Shown here piece after piece: positions 48,238 through 57,335 of a stretch of 64,000 bases of DNA. The stretch comes from Prochlorococcaceae cyanobacterium (GTDB taxonomy: Bacteria > Cyanobacteriota > Cyanobacteriia > PCC-6307 > Cyanobiaceae). The stretch covers positions 80,645 through 144,644 of the forward strand of contig JBBASQ010000001.1 of assembly GCA_040399185.1 (NCBI GenBank). Reading direction: 5' to 3'. The notes beneath the pieces are model-generated. The model worked only from the letters and a program-made list of their open reading frames with translations, was not told the origin of the DNA and did not search any database. The translations under genes were made by a program, and so were the position numbers. Each line of letters opens with the position of its first letter. Position 1 is the stretch's first letter.

Positions 48238-48242
48238 CGGGT

Positions 48243-48284
48243 CCAATAAAAAGACCCGACTGAGACAAGAGATCAGTCGGGTCT
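48243..48284 (-). terminator. Rho-independent terminator of apcD
   Basis: Perfect 12-bp stem (48273-84 pairs with 48252-63) with a 9-nt loop, followed on the minus strand by TTTTATT. It lies 44 nt downstream of the apcD stop. Confidence 0.85.
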
Positions 48285-48327
48285 GGTTGGTGAGCGCTGT
48301 TGGATGGAGGCGCAAGGCCCTCCGTCT

Positions 48328-48822
48328 TCAGCTGGGGGTTTGCATGCCCTGGATCAGAAAATCGAAGTACGGGGCTGCCAGCGCCACCTGATCGGTGCTC
48401 AGCAGGGCCAACGATGCATCTTTCATGGTGCGCATCGCCTCCACCATCCCCGGCATCGGAACGCCGAGGCTGTTGTACATCTCGCGGGCGCCGATCAGGC
48501 CGATCTGCTGGATCATCTCGGTGCTGCCGGCAAGCACGCCGTAGGTCACCAGGCGCAGATACCAGCTGTAATCACGTAGGCACTGGGCACGCTGCTTCTG
48601 GCCGTAGGCATTGCCGCCGGGGGCCACGTAGTCGGGTTTACGGGCGAAGAGCTGCTTGGCGGCCTCGTCAACGATCTTCTTCTCGTTGTCGGTGAGCACC
48701 TTGGCCACCGCCAGGCGTTGGGCACCACCGCTGAGGAATTCCACCATCGAGCGGAGCTCTCCGCCGGTGGGGTAGCGGAGTTGATCATCGGCCTGAAGAA
48801 TCAGATCCCGAACGACGCTCAT
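48328..48822 (-). CDS. apcD: Allophycocyanin alpha-B subunit
   Basis: [26 protein letters not shown]..., ..[19 protein letters not shown].. phycobiliprotein alpha-type. The N-terminus matches ApcD rather than ApcA. ATG at 48822. Confidence 0.85.
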   Translation of the reverse strand: MSVVRDLILQADDQLRYPTGGELRSMVEFLSGGAQRLAVAKVLTDNEKKIVDEAAKQLFARKPDYVAPGGNAYGQKQRAQCLRDYSWYLRLVTYGVLAGSTEMIQQIGLIGAREMYNSLGVPMPGMVEAMRTMKDASLALLSTDQVALAAPYFDFLIQGMQTPS

Positions 48823-48948
48823 CGCAGCGGCCACACGCAGGCCGAACTCTATCGACCCCAGCCCGCTCCTACCAGGAGTTTCTGCCAGGTGTTACGCCCC
48901 TTTGCACGGTTTAGGGTCGAACCGGGGCCAGACGGATTGAGGCAGGGG

Positions 48949-50313
48949 ATGGGTGAGCTGGCAGTTGGCCAACGTTGCGAGGTGCTGATCAACGACCTGG
49001 GCCATGAGGGCCAGGGCATTGGTCGGTGTGGAGAGGCCGTGGTGTTCGTTCCAGGGGCGCTCCCCGGCGAACGGGTTCAGGCCCGCCTGGTGCGGAAGGC
49101 CAGGCGCCATTGGCTGGCCCAGATGGATGGGGTGTTTGACGCCAGTGCTGATCGGCGCCGGGAACCCTGCATCTTGGCCAGCAAGTGCGGGGGCTGCTCC
49201 CTCCAGCACCTGGCGCCCCAGGCCCAGGTGCAGTGGAAGCACACCGTGGTGGTGAATGCGCTGCAGCGTATCGGCGGACTCCAACCCACGGTGGAGCCGG
49301 TGCTGGGTGCACCGGAGACCCTCGGCTATCGCAATCGGGCGATTATTCCCCTGGAGCGCCTCCCCGACGGCACGGTGCGCAGCGGCTACTACCGCCGCGG
49401 CAGCCACCGGATCGTGAATCTCAACCAATGTCCGGTGCTCGATCCGCGCATCGACGCGTTGGTGCAGCCAATCAAGGCAGATCTGGAGGCCACCGACTGG
49501 CCCATCGACCGGGACTGCCGCGATGGAGGCGGCCTGCGCCATCTCGCCCTGCGCGTGGGCCGACACACCGGCGAGGTGCTGATCACCCTGATCAGCAGCC
49601 ATGACCGACTCAGCGGGCTGGCCGATCTCGCCGAGCACTGGATGCAACTCTGGCCTGCCGTGGTGGGCGTCACCCTCAACCTGCAGCCCAGGGCCAACAA
49701 CGTGCTGATGGGCCCGGATACCCGTTTGATCGCCGGCCAACCCACCATCCAGGAGCGATTCGGCGGCCACCAGCTCGAGATCGCCACCGACACCTTCTTT
49801 CAGGTGTTCACCGAGCAGGCGGAACGGGTGATTCCCTTCCTGCAGGCGGCCCTAGCCGACCAGCCCAGGGTGGGGCTCGCCATCGACGCCTACAGCGGCA
49901 TCGGCACTTACAGCCTGCCGATGGCCGCCGCTGGCTGGCGGGTGGAGGGCCTGGAGGTGAACCCCGAAGCCGTGGTGCAGGCGCGCCGCAACGCAGAGGT
50001 GAATGGGCTGGCTGGCCTGTGCTCGTTCCAGACCTGCGACGTGGCCGAGGCCCTGGCCGAGCGGCTGCCGGAGGCCGATCTGCTGTTTCTAGATCCCCCG
50101 CGGCGGGGGCTCGATCCGGCGGTCGTGGCCACGATCCTGGCCAGTCCGCCGGATCGTCTGCTGTATCTGAGCTGCGATCCCGCCAGCCTGGCTCGCGATT
50201 TAGCGCCCCTGGTGACTGGGGGCGCCTACACGTTGCAGACCGTGCAACCGTTCGACTTCTTCCCCCACACCACCCACGTGGAAACCCTGGCGGTGCTCCA
50301 GCGCCGCGGCTGA
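48949..50313 (+). CDS. 23S rRNA (uracil-C5)-methyltransferase, RlmD/RumA-like (TRAM + FeS Cys + SAM MTase)
   Basis: TRAM-like N-terminus, Cys cluster CILASKCGGCSLQH, C-terminal SAM-MTase (..DPPRRG.., ..YLSCDPASLARD..). ATG at 48949. Confidence 0.8.
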   Translation: MGELAVGQRCEVLINDLGHEGQGIGRCGEAVVFVPGALPGERVQARLVRKARRHWLAQMDGVFDASADRRREPCILASKCGGCSLQHLAPQAQVQWKHTVVVNALQRIGGLQPTVEPVLGAPETLGYRNRAIIPLERLPDGTVRSGYYRRGSHRIVNLNQCPVLDPRIDALVQPIKADLEATDWPIDRDCRDGGGLRHLALRVGRHTGEVLITLISSHDRLSGLADLAEHWMQLWPAVVGVTLNLQPRANNVLMGPDTRLIAGQPTIQERFGGHQLEIATDTFFQVFTEQAERVIPFLQAALADQPRVGLAIDAYSGIGTYSLPMAAAGWRVEGLEVNPEAVVQARRNAEVNGLAGLCSFQTCDVAEALAERLPEADLLFLDPPRRGLDPAVVATILASPPDRLLYLSCDPASLARDLAPLVTGGAYTLQTVQPFDFFPHTTHVETLAVLQRRG

Positions 50314-50326
50314 GGCCGCTGAGGCT

Positions 50327-52768
50327 TCAGACGCGCAGCTGCACGCCAGGCTGTTTCTCCAGGGCGGCGCGGATGGCGGCGTGGGCCTTTTCCACGTCGT
50401 CCTCGGTGAGGGTGCGTTTGGGATCGCGGTAGCGAAGCCGGAACGCCTGGCTGCACAGTCCTTCACCCACCTGGGCACCGGTGTAGCGGTCGATCAGCTC
50501 GGCATGCTCCAGCAGCGGCCGGCCGGCCTTGCGGATCACCGAGAGCAGCGCAGCAGCGCCTGTGCTTTCGGGCACCACCAGGGCCAGGTCGCGCTCGGAG
50601 GCCGGCACGGTGGCGAAGGGGGCGAAGGCCGGCTGCCAACGGTTGCGCCGGGTGGCGGCGGTGAGGAGTGCGGCCAGGTCCAGCTGGAACACGTGGGTGG
50701 CCTCGGGCAGGTCGAGGGCTTCGCACTGCTGGGGGTGCAGCTGGCCGAACCAGCCGGCGGGCCGCCCCTCCACCACAATCTGGGCCGCCCGGCCGGGATG
50801 CAGGAGGGGGTGATCCTTCAGCGCCCGGTCTTCCGTGGGGATGGCCAGGCTGCTGAGGGCCTGCTGCACCACGCCGCGGGCGTGGAAGTAGCTCGGGGGC
50901 TGGGGCTTGCCGCTGGTGGTCCAGCGCTCGGCCCGCCGTTCCCCGGCCATCACGCCCGCCAGCAGCAACCGCGAGGCCCCTCCATCAGCCGCGTGGAAGA
51001 CGGCACCGATCTCAAAGGCCCAGAAGCCGTCGGCACCGCTCTGGAGATTGCGCCGCGCGGCGCCCAGCAGCTCCTCCAGCAGGTCGTCGCGCAGGTGGCC
51101 GTAATCGGCCAGCAACGGATTGGCCAATGGAATCCGCCCTGGGGCGGCGGGCACCAGGGAAAAGCTGCAGGCTTCCTGCAGACCCGCCGCCACCAGGGCC
51201 CGGCGCAGGCGGCGTTCCGCCACCTGCTCAGGCTCCAGCCCGCCCGGCTCGATCGGGTCGGGCAGATGGCAGGCGAAGTGGTCGTAGCCGACCAGTCGCG
51301 CCACCTCCTCGATCAGATCCACCTCCCGATGGAGATCGATGGCGCGAGAGGGCGGCACCTTCACGTGCCAGCCCTCACCCTGCTCCTCGAGGTCGCAACC
51401 GATGGCCTCCAGGGTGGCCACGATGCGCGCGTCGCTCAGATCCTCGGGTTCACCCTCCACGAGCACCGGCCCCAAGAGGTTGTGCAGGGCATCGCGCCGC
51501 AGGTGCAGCGGAGCCGCCGGCTGCTCAGCCCGGCGGTGCACCCAGCGTGCCGTTACCTCAGCGCCGCAGAGCTCCTGCAGCAAGGCCACAGCGCGATCCG
51601 AGGCCGCCAGGGTGGCTTCGGGCGGCAGACCCTTTTCAAAGCGGCTGCTGGCTTCGGTCCGCAGGCCCACGCTGCGGGCGGACCGCCGTACCGCCATGGC
51701 CGGAAACACGGCGGCCTCAAGCCAGATGGTGCCGGTGGTATCGGAGACGGCCTCCTCCGCCCCACCCATCAGCCCGGCGAGGGCAATTGCACGGTCGCCA
51801 TAGGTGACCAGGAGGGCCTCAGGGCCCAGCTCGCGCATCTCCCCATCGAGGGTCGTGAGGGCTTCACCGACCCGTCCGTGACGCAACCCAAGCGACCTGG
51901 CCTCGGCCTGGCCGCCGCTGGCAGCTGCCAGCCTGTCGCGATCGAAGGCGTGCAGGGGTTGGCCGGTTTCGAGCATCACCAGGTTGGTGATGTCCACCAC
52001 GTTGTTGATCGGCCGAATCCCGGCTTTCTCGAGCCGCTGCTGCAACCAGTCCGGCGAGGGCGCCACCTTGATCTGGCGCAGTTCCGTAACGCTGAAGAGG
52101 CCCCCCTGCTCCATCAGGGTGCGGGAGGCGGCATCGCAGTCCAGATCTGAGGCTGCGATGGCCTCAGGACTGCTGGGGAGATTGGTGCGTCCGCCCACGA
52201 TGGCCGCCACTTCGCGGGCGATGCCGGCCATCGACAGGCCGTCCGGGCGGTTGGCGGTGATCGCCAGCTCCAGCACCTGATCGTCGAGACCTACCAGGGG
52301 CCCCACTGCCGTGCCGAGGGCCGGAACGGCAGCCAACAGTTCATCGAGCACGGCGATGCCATCCACCGCACTGGGCAGACCCAGTTCGGTGAGCGAGCAG
52401 ATCATGCCGGTGCTGGCCACGCCCCGCAGCTCAGCTGGCTTGATCGTGAGATTCACCGCCGGCAGGGTGGCGCCCACCAGGGCGACGGGCACGTGGATGC
52501 CGGCCCGCACATTGCTGGCTCCGCACACAATCTGCAGGCGCTCGGCTGCGCCCACATCCACCTGGCAGACGCTCAGCTTGTCGGCATTGGGGTGGGGTTC
52601 CCGCTCGCACACGAACCCCACCACCACGCCGGCGGCACGGGCGGCGAGATCCTCGATGGCATCCACTTCGAAGCCGGCGATCGAGAGCCGTTCGGCCAGG
52701 GTGTCGACCCCGAAGCTCTCGGGCGCGGCGGCCACCAGCTCCTGCAACCATTGGAGCGAGACCCGCAT
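50327..52768 (-). CDS. pheT: Phenylalanine--tRNA ligase beta subunit
   Basis: 813 aa, N-terminus MRVSLQWLQELV.., tRNA-binding, B3/4, B5 and FDX-ACB-like C-terminus. Confidence 0.95.
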   Translation of the reverse strand: MRVSLQWLQELVAAAPESFGVDTLAERLSIAGFEVDAIEDLAARAAGVVVGFVCEREPHPNADKLSVCQVDVGAAERLQIVCGASNVRAGIHVPVALVGATLPAVNLTIKPAELRGVASTGMICSLTELGLPSAVDGIAVLDELLAAVPALGTAVGPLVGLDDQVLELAITANRPDGLSMAGIAREVAAIVGGRTNLPSSPEAIAASDLDCDAASRTLMEQGGLFSVTELRQIKVAPSPDWLQQRLEKAGIRPINNVVDITNLVMLETGQPLHAFDRDRLAAASGGQAEARSLGLRHGRVGEALTTLDGEMRELGPEALLVTYGDRAIALAGLMGGAEEAVSDTTGTIWLEAAVFPAMAVRRSARSVGLRTEASSRFEKGLPPEATLAASDRAVALLQELCGAEVTARWVHRRAEQPAAPLHLRRDALHNLLGPVLVEGEPEDLSDARIVATLEAIGCDLEEQGEGWHVKVPPSRAIDLHREVDLIEEVARLVGYDHFACHLPDPIEPGGLEPEQVAERRLRRALVAAGLQEACSFSLVPAAPGRIPLANPLLADYGHLRDDLLEELLGAARRNLQSGADGFWAFEIGAVFHAADGGASRLLLAGVMAGERRAERWTTSGKPQPPSYFHARGVVQQALSSLAIPTEDRALKDHPLLHPGRAAQIVVEGRPAGWFGQLHPQQCEALDLPEATHVFQLDLAALLTAATRRNRWQPAFAPFATVPASERDLALVVPESTGAAALLSVIRKAGRPLLEHAELIDRYTGAQVGEGLCSQAFRLRYRDPKRTLTEDDVEKAHAAIRAALEKQPGVQLRV

Positions 52769-52881
52769 CTATCCGTGCCGTCAGGGAGGCCGGATCCTAA
52801 GGAGCCGTGGGGGGCGTGAAACCCCAAGAGGTATGGTGTCCCATTGTCACTTCGCATCGCTCAAGCGGCGCAACGTCCTTC

Positions 52882-53076
52882 ATGGCTAAGAACAAGGGCG
52901 TCCGGATCGTGATCACTCTCGAGTGCACCGAATGCCGGTCCAACCCCGCCAAGCGTTCTCCCGGTGTGTCCCGCTACACCACCGAGAAGAACCGCCGGAA
53001 CACCACTGAGCGGCTGGAGCTCAAGAAGTTCTGCCCCCACTGCAACAAGTCGACCGTGCACAAGGAGATCAAGTGA
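52882..53076 (+). CDS. rpmG: 50S ribosomal protein L33
   Basis: 64 aa, [21 protein letters not shown]...[15 protein letters not shown] (CxxC..CxxC). Confidence 0.95.
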   Translation: MAKNKGVRIVITLECTECRSNPAKRSPGVSRYTTEKNRRNTTERLELKKFCPHCNKSTVHKEIK

Positions 53077-53135
53077 GCTTCGGCTCCTGATCCAGCCAGC
53101 ACTGTCCGGGTTTTTCTTCTTCTCCACCGTTCGCC

Positions 53136-53357
53136 ATGTCTAGTTCCTTCTTCAAGAAGCGCCTTTCCCCGATCAAGCCGGGTGACCCGATCGACTACAA
53201 GGACGTCGATCTCCTTAAGAAGTTCATTACCGAGCGCGGCAAGATTCTTCCCCGCCGCCTCACCGGCCTCACCGCCAAGCAGCAGCGTGACCTCACCAAT
53301 GCCGTGAAGCGCGCCCGCATCGTGGCACTGCTGCCCTTCGTGAATCCCGAAGGCTGA
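53136..53357 (+). CDS. rpsR: 30S ribosomal protein S18
   Basis: 73 aa, ..[33 protein letters not shown].. Confidence 0.95.
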
Positions 53358-53436
53358 GGCTCCTCTGGCGCCTTCCACCCACCACCCCGGCGATCTTGTC
53401 GGCCTCCTGAGCGAGAAGGGTCCGCAACTGGCCCTG

Positions 53437-55416
53437 GTGGTGGGAGTGCAGGGCTCCAAGGTTCAACTCCTACCGGGTTGGCGCCCTACAGCCCCGGCCC
53501 AACACCGCCCCCTCACCCTGCCGCTGCGCAGTGTGGAGTGCATTTGCCCCCTGCCCTCCGGTGCTTCGGCTCCGGAACGGCCGGGGGTTTTTCCTTGGGC
53601 CTTCACCCCCGAGGATCTCGCCGCGGCGATGCCCGGCCGCCGGGATGCGTCTGCCGCCTGGCTGCTGCTGAACGAGGAAGCTGGGGGGCTTGGTCTCGCC
53701 GACTGGGTGGGATTGCTCGAACCCGAGCCTGGTGCGGTGCATCTGGCGGCCGGCTGGCTTTGGTTGCAGGGCCCCCAGCAGCTGTTCCGCTGGCGCCACC
53801 AGCAGGTGAGTGCGCGCCCTCCGGATGAACTGCGCGTCCTTCGCCATGGACGGCGCCGCAGTGCGCTGGCCGAGCAGGCCCAGGCGCTGTGGCACGGCCT
53901 GATCCGCCAGCGCCAACCGATCGATGCCCTGCAGCTGGGCCCCATCCAGCAGCAGGAACTTGCCCTGCTGCACGACTGGGCTGGCGGGGATGCCTCCCAG
54001 GCGTTGCCCCCCGAGTTGCGCAAGGCCCTGCAGGCCGCCCACTGCTCGCCTGACACCGGCTCGATTCGCCATCTGCTGCTGGATCTCGGGCAATGGGAAG
54101 CCCATCACCTGCCGTCGCTGCAGGCCACCCCATGGCAGCTGGGCTTCAGTCCGGAGCTGCAGGCCCTTGCCCAACAGCTGGTGGCCAGCCACGGTGAACC
54201 CCGTCCAGGGGACGAGCAGCGCCTGGATCTCACCCATCTGGCGGCCGTCACGATCGACGACGCCGACACCCAGGACATCGACGACGGGCTGGCCCTGGAG
54301 GAGCGCGAGGGTGGGGTGTGGCGGCTGTGGATCCATGTGGCCGATCCGGGCCGACTCGTGGCGGCGGGGGATCCCCTCGACCTGGAGGCCCGGCGCAGGG
54401 CATCGAGCCTCTACCTGAGCCGGGGCAATCTGCCGATGTTCCCGCTGGAACTGGCCACAGGGCCCTTCAGCCTGCGCTCCGGCTGTCGCTGCGCCGCCTG
54501 GAGTGTGTGGGTGGAGCTCGCCGACGACGGCGCGATCGCCGCCAGTGGCGTGCAGCGCAGCTGGGTGAAGCCCCGCTATCGCCTCTCCTATGACGACGCC
54601 GACGAGCTGATCGAGCTGGCGCCCCCCCAGGAGCGGGAGCTGGAGCAGATCCACGGCCTGATGGCCCGCCGGCGCCAATGGCGGGTGGGGCAGGGAGCCC
54701 TGCTGCTGGATCAACCGGAGGGGCGCATCCGGGAGCGGGAGGGAGAGCCCTGCCTGGAGATCACCGAACCCAGCCCTTCGCGGCTGATGGTGGCCGAAGC
54801 GATGATCCTGGCGGGTGCCGTAGTGGCCGAACTGGGCCGCAGCCAGGGCTTGGCGTTGCCCTTCCGCTCCCAGTTGCCGGCTGAGTTGCCACCGGCCTCC
54901 GAACTGGCGCAACTGGCTGATGGGCCGGTGCGCCACGCCGCGATCAAACGCTGCCTGAGCCGGGGCCTTACGGGCACCAGCCCGAGCGCCCATTTCAGTC
55001 TGGGGCTGCAGGCCTATGTGCAGGCCACCTCCCCGATCCGCCGCTACGCCGACCTGGTGGTGCAGCGCCAGCTTGAGGCGCTCCAGGCCGGCGGCCAACC
55101 CCTCGATGCGGCGGCCCTGCAGGAGCTGCTCAGCGAGCTGGAGGGGCCGCTGCGCCAGGGCATCCAGATCTCCCGGGAAGACCAACGCCACTGGCAGCAG
55201 GTGTGGTTTGAGCGCCACAGGGGCGAGCAGTGGCGGGCCCAGTTCCTGCGGTGGCTGCGGCCCCAAGACCGCCTCGGACTCGTCCACGTGGAGGAGCTGG
55301 CCATGGATCTGGCCGCCGAATGTCCAGCCGATGCCGATCCCGGCGATGGGTTGCTGCTGCGGGTGCAGCTGGTGGACTCGCTGCGGGACCAGCTGCGGTT
55401 GCGGGCTTCAGCCTGA
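53437..55416 (+). CDS. Ribonuclease II/R family exoribonuclease (RNB domain)
   Basis: RNB catalytic motif ..VTIDDADTQDIDDGLALE... The first canonical start is GTG 53437, but the frame is open from 53344 and the upstream peptide looks like coding sequence (see findings). Confidence 0.85.
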   Translation: MVGVQGSKVQLLPGWRPTAPAQHRPLTLPLRSVECICPLPSGASAPERPGVFPWAFTPEDLAAAMPGRRDASAAWLLLNEEAGGLGLADWVGLLEPEPGAVHLAAGWLWLQGPQQLFRWRHQQVSARPPDELRVLRHGRRRSALAEQAQALWHGLIRQRQPIDALQLGPIQQQELALLHDWAGGDASQALPPELRKALQAAHCSPDTGSIRHLLLDLGQWEAHHLPSLQATPWQLGFSPELQALAQQLVASHGEPRPGDEQRLDLTHLAAVTIDDADTQDIDDGLALEEREGGVWRLWIHVADPGRLVAAGDPLDLEARRRASSLYLSRGNLPMFPLELATGPFSLRSGCRCAAWSVWVELADDGAIAASGVQRSWVKPRYRLSYDDADELIELAPPQERELEQIHGLMARRRQWRVGQGALLLDQPEGRIREREGEPCLEITEPSPSRLMVAEAMILAGAVVAELGRSQGLALPFRSQLPAELPPASELAQLADGPVRHAAIKRCLSRGLTGTSPSAHFSLGLQAYVQATSPIRRYADLVVQRQLEALQAGGQPLDAAALQELLSELEGPLRQGIQISREDQRHWQQVWFERHRGEQWRAQFLRWLRPQDRLGLVHVEELAMDLAAECPADADPGDGLLLRVQLVDSLRDQLRLRASA

Positions 55417-57237
55417 TCGCCTGGAGGCCCGCAGCCAGGGCCCCCAGGGGTTCAGGCAGCCGATCAGCTCCACCGCGCGGGGGCGCTCCAGCTGCCGCAA
55501 CCAGTGGTGCAGTGCTGGCTCCAGGGTGATCACGGGCCAGCTGCCGTCGACGCCCTCCAGCTGATAGCCCCCTTGGCCATCTGGGATCAGGGTGCCGCGG
55601 AACTGGCGCTCCCTCGGTTCGGCCGGACCTGGCGGATCGGAGGCCAGGGCCGCGCCAGCACCTCCCGCGAGGTGTCCATTGGCACCGAGGGTGGTGGGGT
55701 CCATCAGGGCCCGCTGCTGGCGTTCCCGCCACTGGGGGTGATGCCAGGGGGTGTCCCAGAGCGGCATTGGCCCGGCCGGTGCCAGGGGATCACCGATCAG
55801 GTGCTGCTGCAACTGGGCCACCGGCAGCTCTGCCGGGGCCAGACCCAGCTGCACGCACAGGGCTGCCGCCACACCAGCCGCCTGCCCCACGTTCATCACC
55901 AGGGGCTGCAGGCGTGTGGCGCCATTGGCCATGTGGCTGGTGCCGATGGCCTTGTCGGCGGCGAGGAGGTTGATGCAGTGGGCACTCACCAGGGCGCCGT
56001 AGGGGATGCAGAACGGGGTGCCACTCCAGCGGCCGCCCCAGCGGCAGCTCTTGGGGGCCAGGGGCCAGTCGGGCCCGGGGTAGTGGTGGTCGTTGGCGTA
56101 GTTGCCCACGGCAATGGCATCCAGCTGGCCGTCGCGCCAGGGCAAGGGCGCGATGCTGGCGCCGGGCTCCTGGGGCAGCAGATCGCCTTCCACCACGGTG
56201 GTGAGTGCCTGGAGTCGGCGGCCTTCCCGCCAGTAGGGCATCAGCGCCAGGGCGCTGGCACCCTGCAGGGGTGCGGCGGCACCTGCATCCGCTGCGGCTT
56301 GGAGTTGGCTGCGGTCTGGGAAGCAGGCACCGGCGCTGAGCCATCCCCCGGATGCCGCCTCCAGGGCCTGGGCAAAGGCGAGGGAGTGCTCCTGCATCGC
56401 CTGGTTCAGGGCCTGTTCATCCGCCGCCTCGCCGCTGAAGGCCCGCTCCAGGCCGTGGTGCCAATCGTTGCCATGGAGCGGCCAGTTGAGCATCACCAGG
56501 CCACCCGGCAGCCGGCCATAGGTGATCGTTTTCTCCAGGCCAAAGGCTGTTGCCGCCTGCTCAAACGGCTCCGGCAGCAGCCCTTGGCGCGCCACCAGCT
56601 CCCGGCTGGGATCCAGCTGACCCATCGCCACCCAGGTGGGGGATTGCACGGGCTGGTGCTGGAAGAACGGCTTGCTCTCCAGATCCTTCAGGGGTGGGGC
56701 ACTGGGTTCATCCCACTGCTCGCGCGCTTCCCAGCCGAGGCGATGGGCCAGGCCATGGGCGAGCAGGTCGCCCCGATCACTGCCGTCGATCACCAGCTGG
56801 GGCTCCACCCGCAGCTGGCGGCCGCCCTGTTCCACCACCACCGCGACAATTCGATCGGCCTGCTGCTGCACCTCCTTCAGGAGGCAATGCGGCCGCCAAT
56901 TCAGAAGAGGCGCGTCGGCAACCCAGCGCCGGAGCAGAGCCTCGGCGGTGGCCGGGCGGTAGCCGAAGCAGCTCACCCAGTTGTGATCCAACCCCTCGGG
57001 TTCAGCCTGGGCCAGCCCCCGCAGGAAGGCCCCCCACAGACCGGTTTGCCAGGGGGTGAGCTCATTGCCATCGGGGCAGCACACCCCGGCGCTGCTCACC
57101 ATCCCCCCGAGCCAGCCGCCAGGGGTGAGCAGCAGGGTGGAGGCGCCACTGCGGGCTGCCTGGATCGCTGCCGCCACCCCACCGGTGCCCCCGCCCCACA
57201 CCAGCACGGGCACCTGGATCAGCTCGGGCTGGTGCAT
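55408..57237 (-). CDS. FAD-dependent oxidoreductase (large FAD_oxidored-type), function unknown
   Basis: ATG at 57237. Dinucleotide-binding motif VLVWGGGTGGVAAAIQAARSG. 609 aa. Its stop overlaps the RNase II stop region by 9 nt. Confidence 0.75.
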   Translation of the reverse strand: MHQPELIQVPVLVWGGGTGGVAAAIQAARSGASTLLLTPGGWLGGMVSSAGVCCPDGNELTPWQTGLWGAFLRGLAQAEPEGLDHNWVSCFGYRPATAEALLRRWVADAPLLNWRPHCLLKEVQQQADRIVAVVVEQGGRQLRVEPQLVIDGSDRGDLLAHGLAHRLGWEAREQWDEPSAPPLKDLESKPFFQHQPVQSPTWVAMGQLDPSRELVARQGLLPEPFEQAATAFGLEKTITYGRLPGGLVMLNWPLHGNDWHHGLERAFSGEAADEQALNQAMQEHSLAFAQALEAASGGWLSAGACFPDRSQLQAAADAGAAAPLQGASALALMPYWREGRRLQALTTVVEGDLLPQEPGASIAPLPWRDGQLDAIAVGNYANDHHYPGPDWPLAPKSCRWGGRWSGTPFCIPYGALVSAHCINLLAADKAIGTSHMANGATRLQPLVMNVGQAAGVAAALCVQLGLAPAELPVAQLQQHLIGDPLAPAGPMPLWDTPWHHPQWRERQQRALMDPTTLGANGHLAGGAGAALASDPPGPAEPRERQFRGTLIPDGQGGYQLEGVDGSWPVITLEPALHHWLRQLERPRAVELIGCLNPWGPWLRASRRSG

Positions 57238-57335
57238 GGGTTCGATCTGAACAGGATGGGTAAGATCCGGCCTCGGCACAGGGCCGCTCCGGCGGCGCAG
57301 CAAGCCCGAACGACCCACGCCGTGGCCCAGGCCGA

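Larger units (their letters stand above)
47379..48242. other. Low-GC, ORF-poor, hairpin- and repeat-rich spacer of unknown function (candidate structured-ncRNA locus or decayed foreign insert)
   Basis: Hand counts give 27-34 G+C per 60-nt line here, against about 38 in flanking coding lines. There are stops in all six frames and five CTAG sites. It is the largest non-coding gap in the window by about 4-fold. Confidence 0.6.

Noticed and set aside
47379-48242. Permuted (two-piece) tmRNA gene, as known from marine Synechococcus/Cyanobium lineages.
   Set aside because: I found no T-arm of the GGTTCGA/GGGTTCGATTCCC type, no ..CCACCA 3' end, no GGGG...UUCGAC 5' element, and no tag frame ending in ..AA-stop on either strand. 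The GATTCTGGAT and GATTCAACTCCCG strings at 47710-47741 resemble E. coli tmRNA words but lack the flanking stems. A covariance-model scan is still needed.
47379-48242. RNase P RNA, SRP RNA or hammerhead ribozyme.
   Set aside because: The universally conserved P4 strings (GAGGAAAGTCC, ACAGAA..CGGCTTA) are absent from both strands. There is no SRP GGAA/AGCA motif hairpin. The CTGATG in the 47876-47902 hairpin loop lacks the rest of the hammerhead core.
48118-48315. 65-aa minus-strand ORF.
   Set aside because: It spans the apcD terminator hairpin and the repeat region. It is Arg/Leu/Pro-rich, with no start context or motif.
53455-53475. tRNA-like T-loop string GGTTCAACTCC.
   Set aside because: The flanking bases cannot form the 5-bp T stem (only 3 pairs), and the string lies inside the RNase II coding frame.
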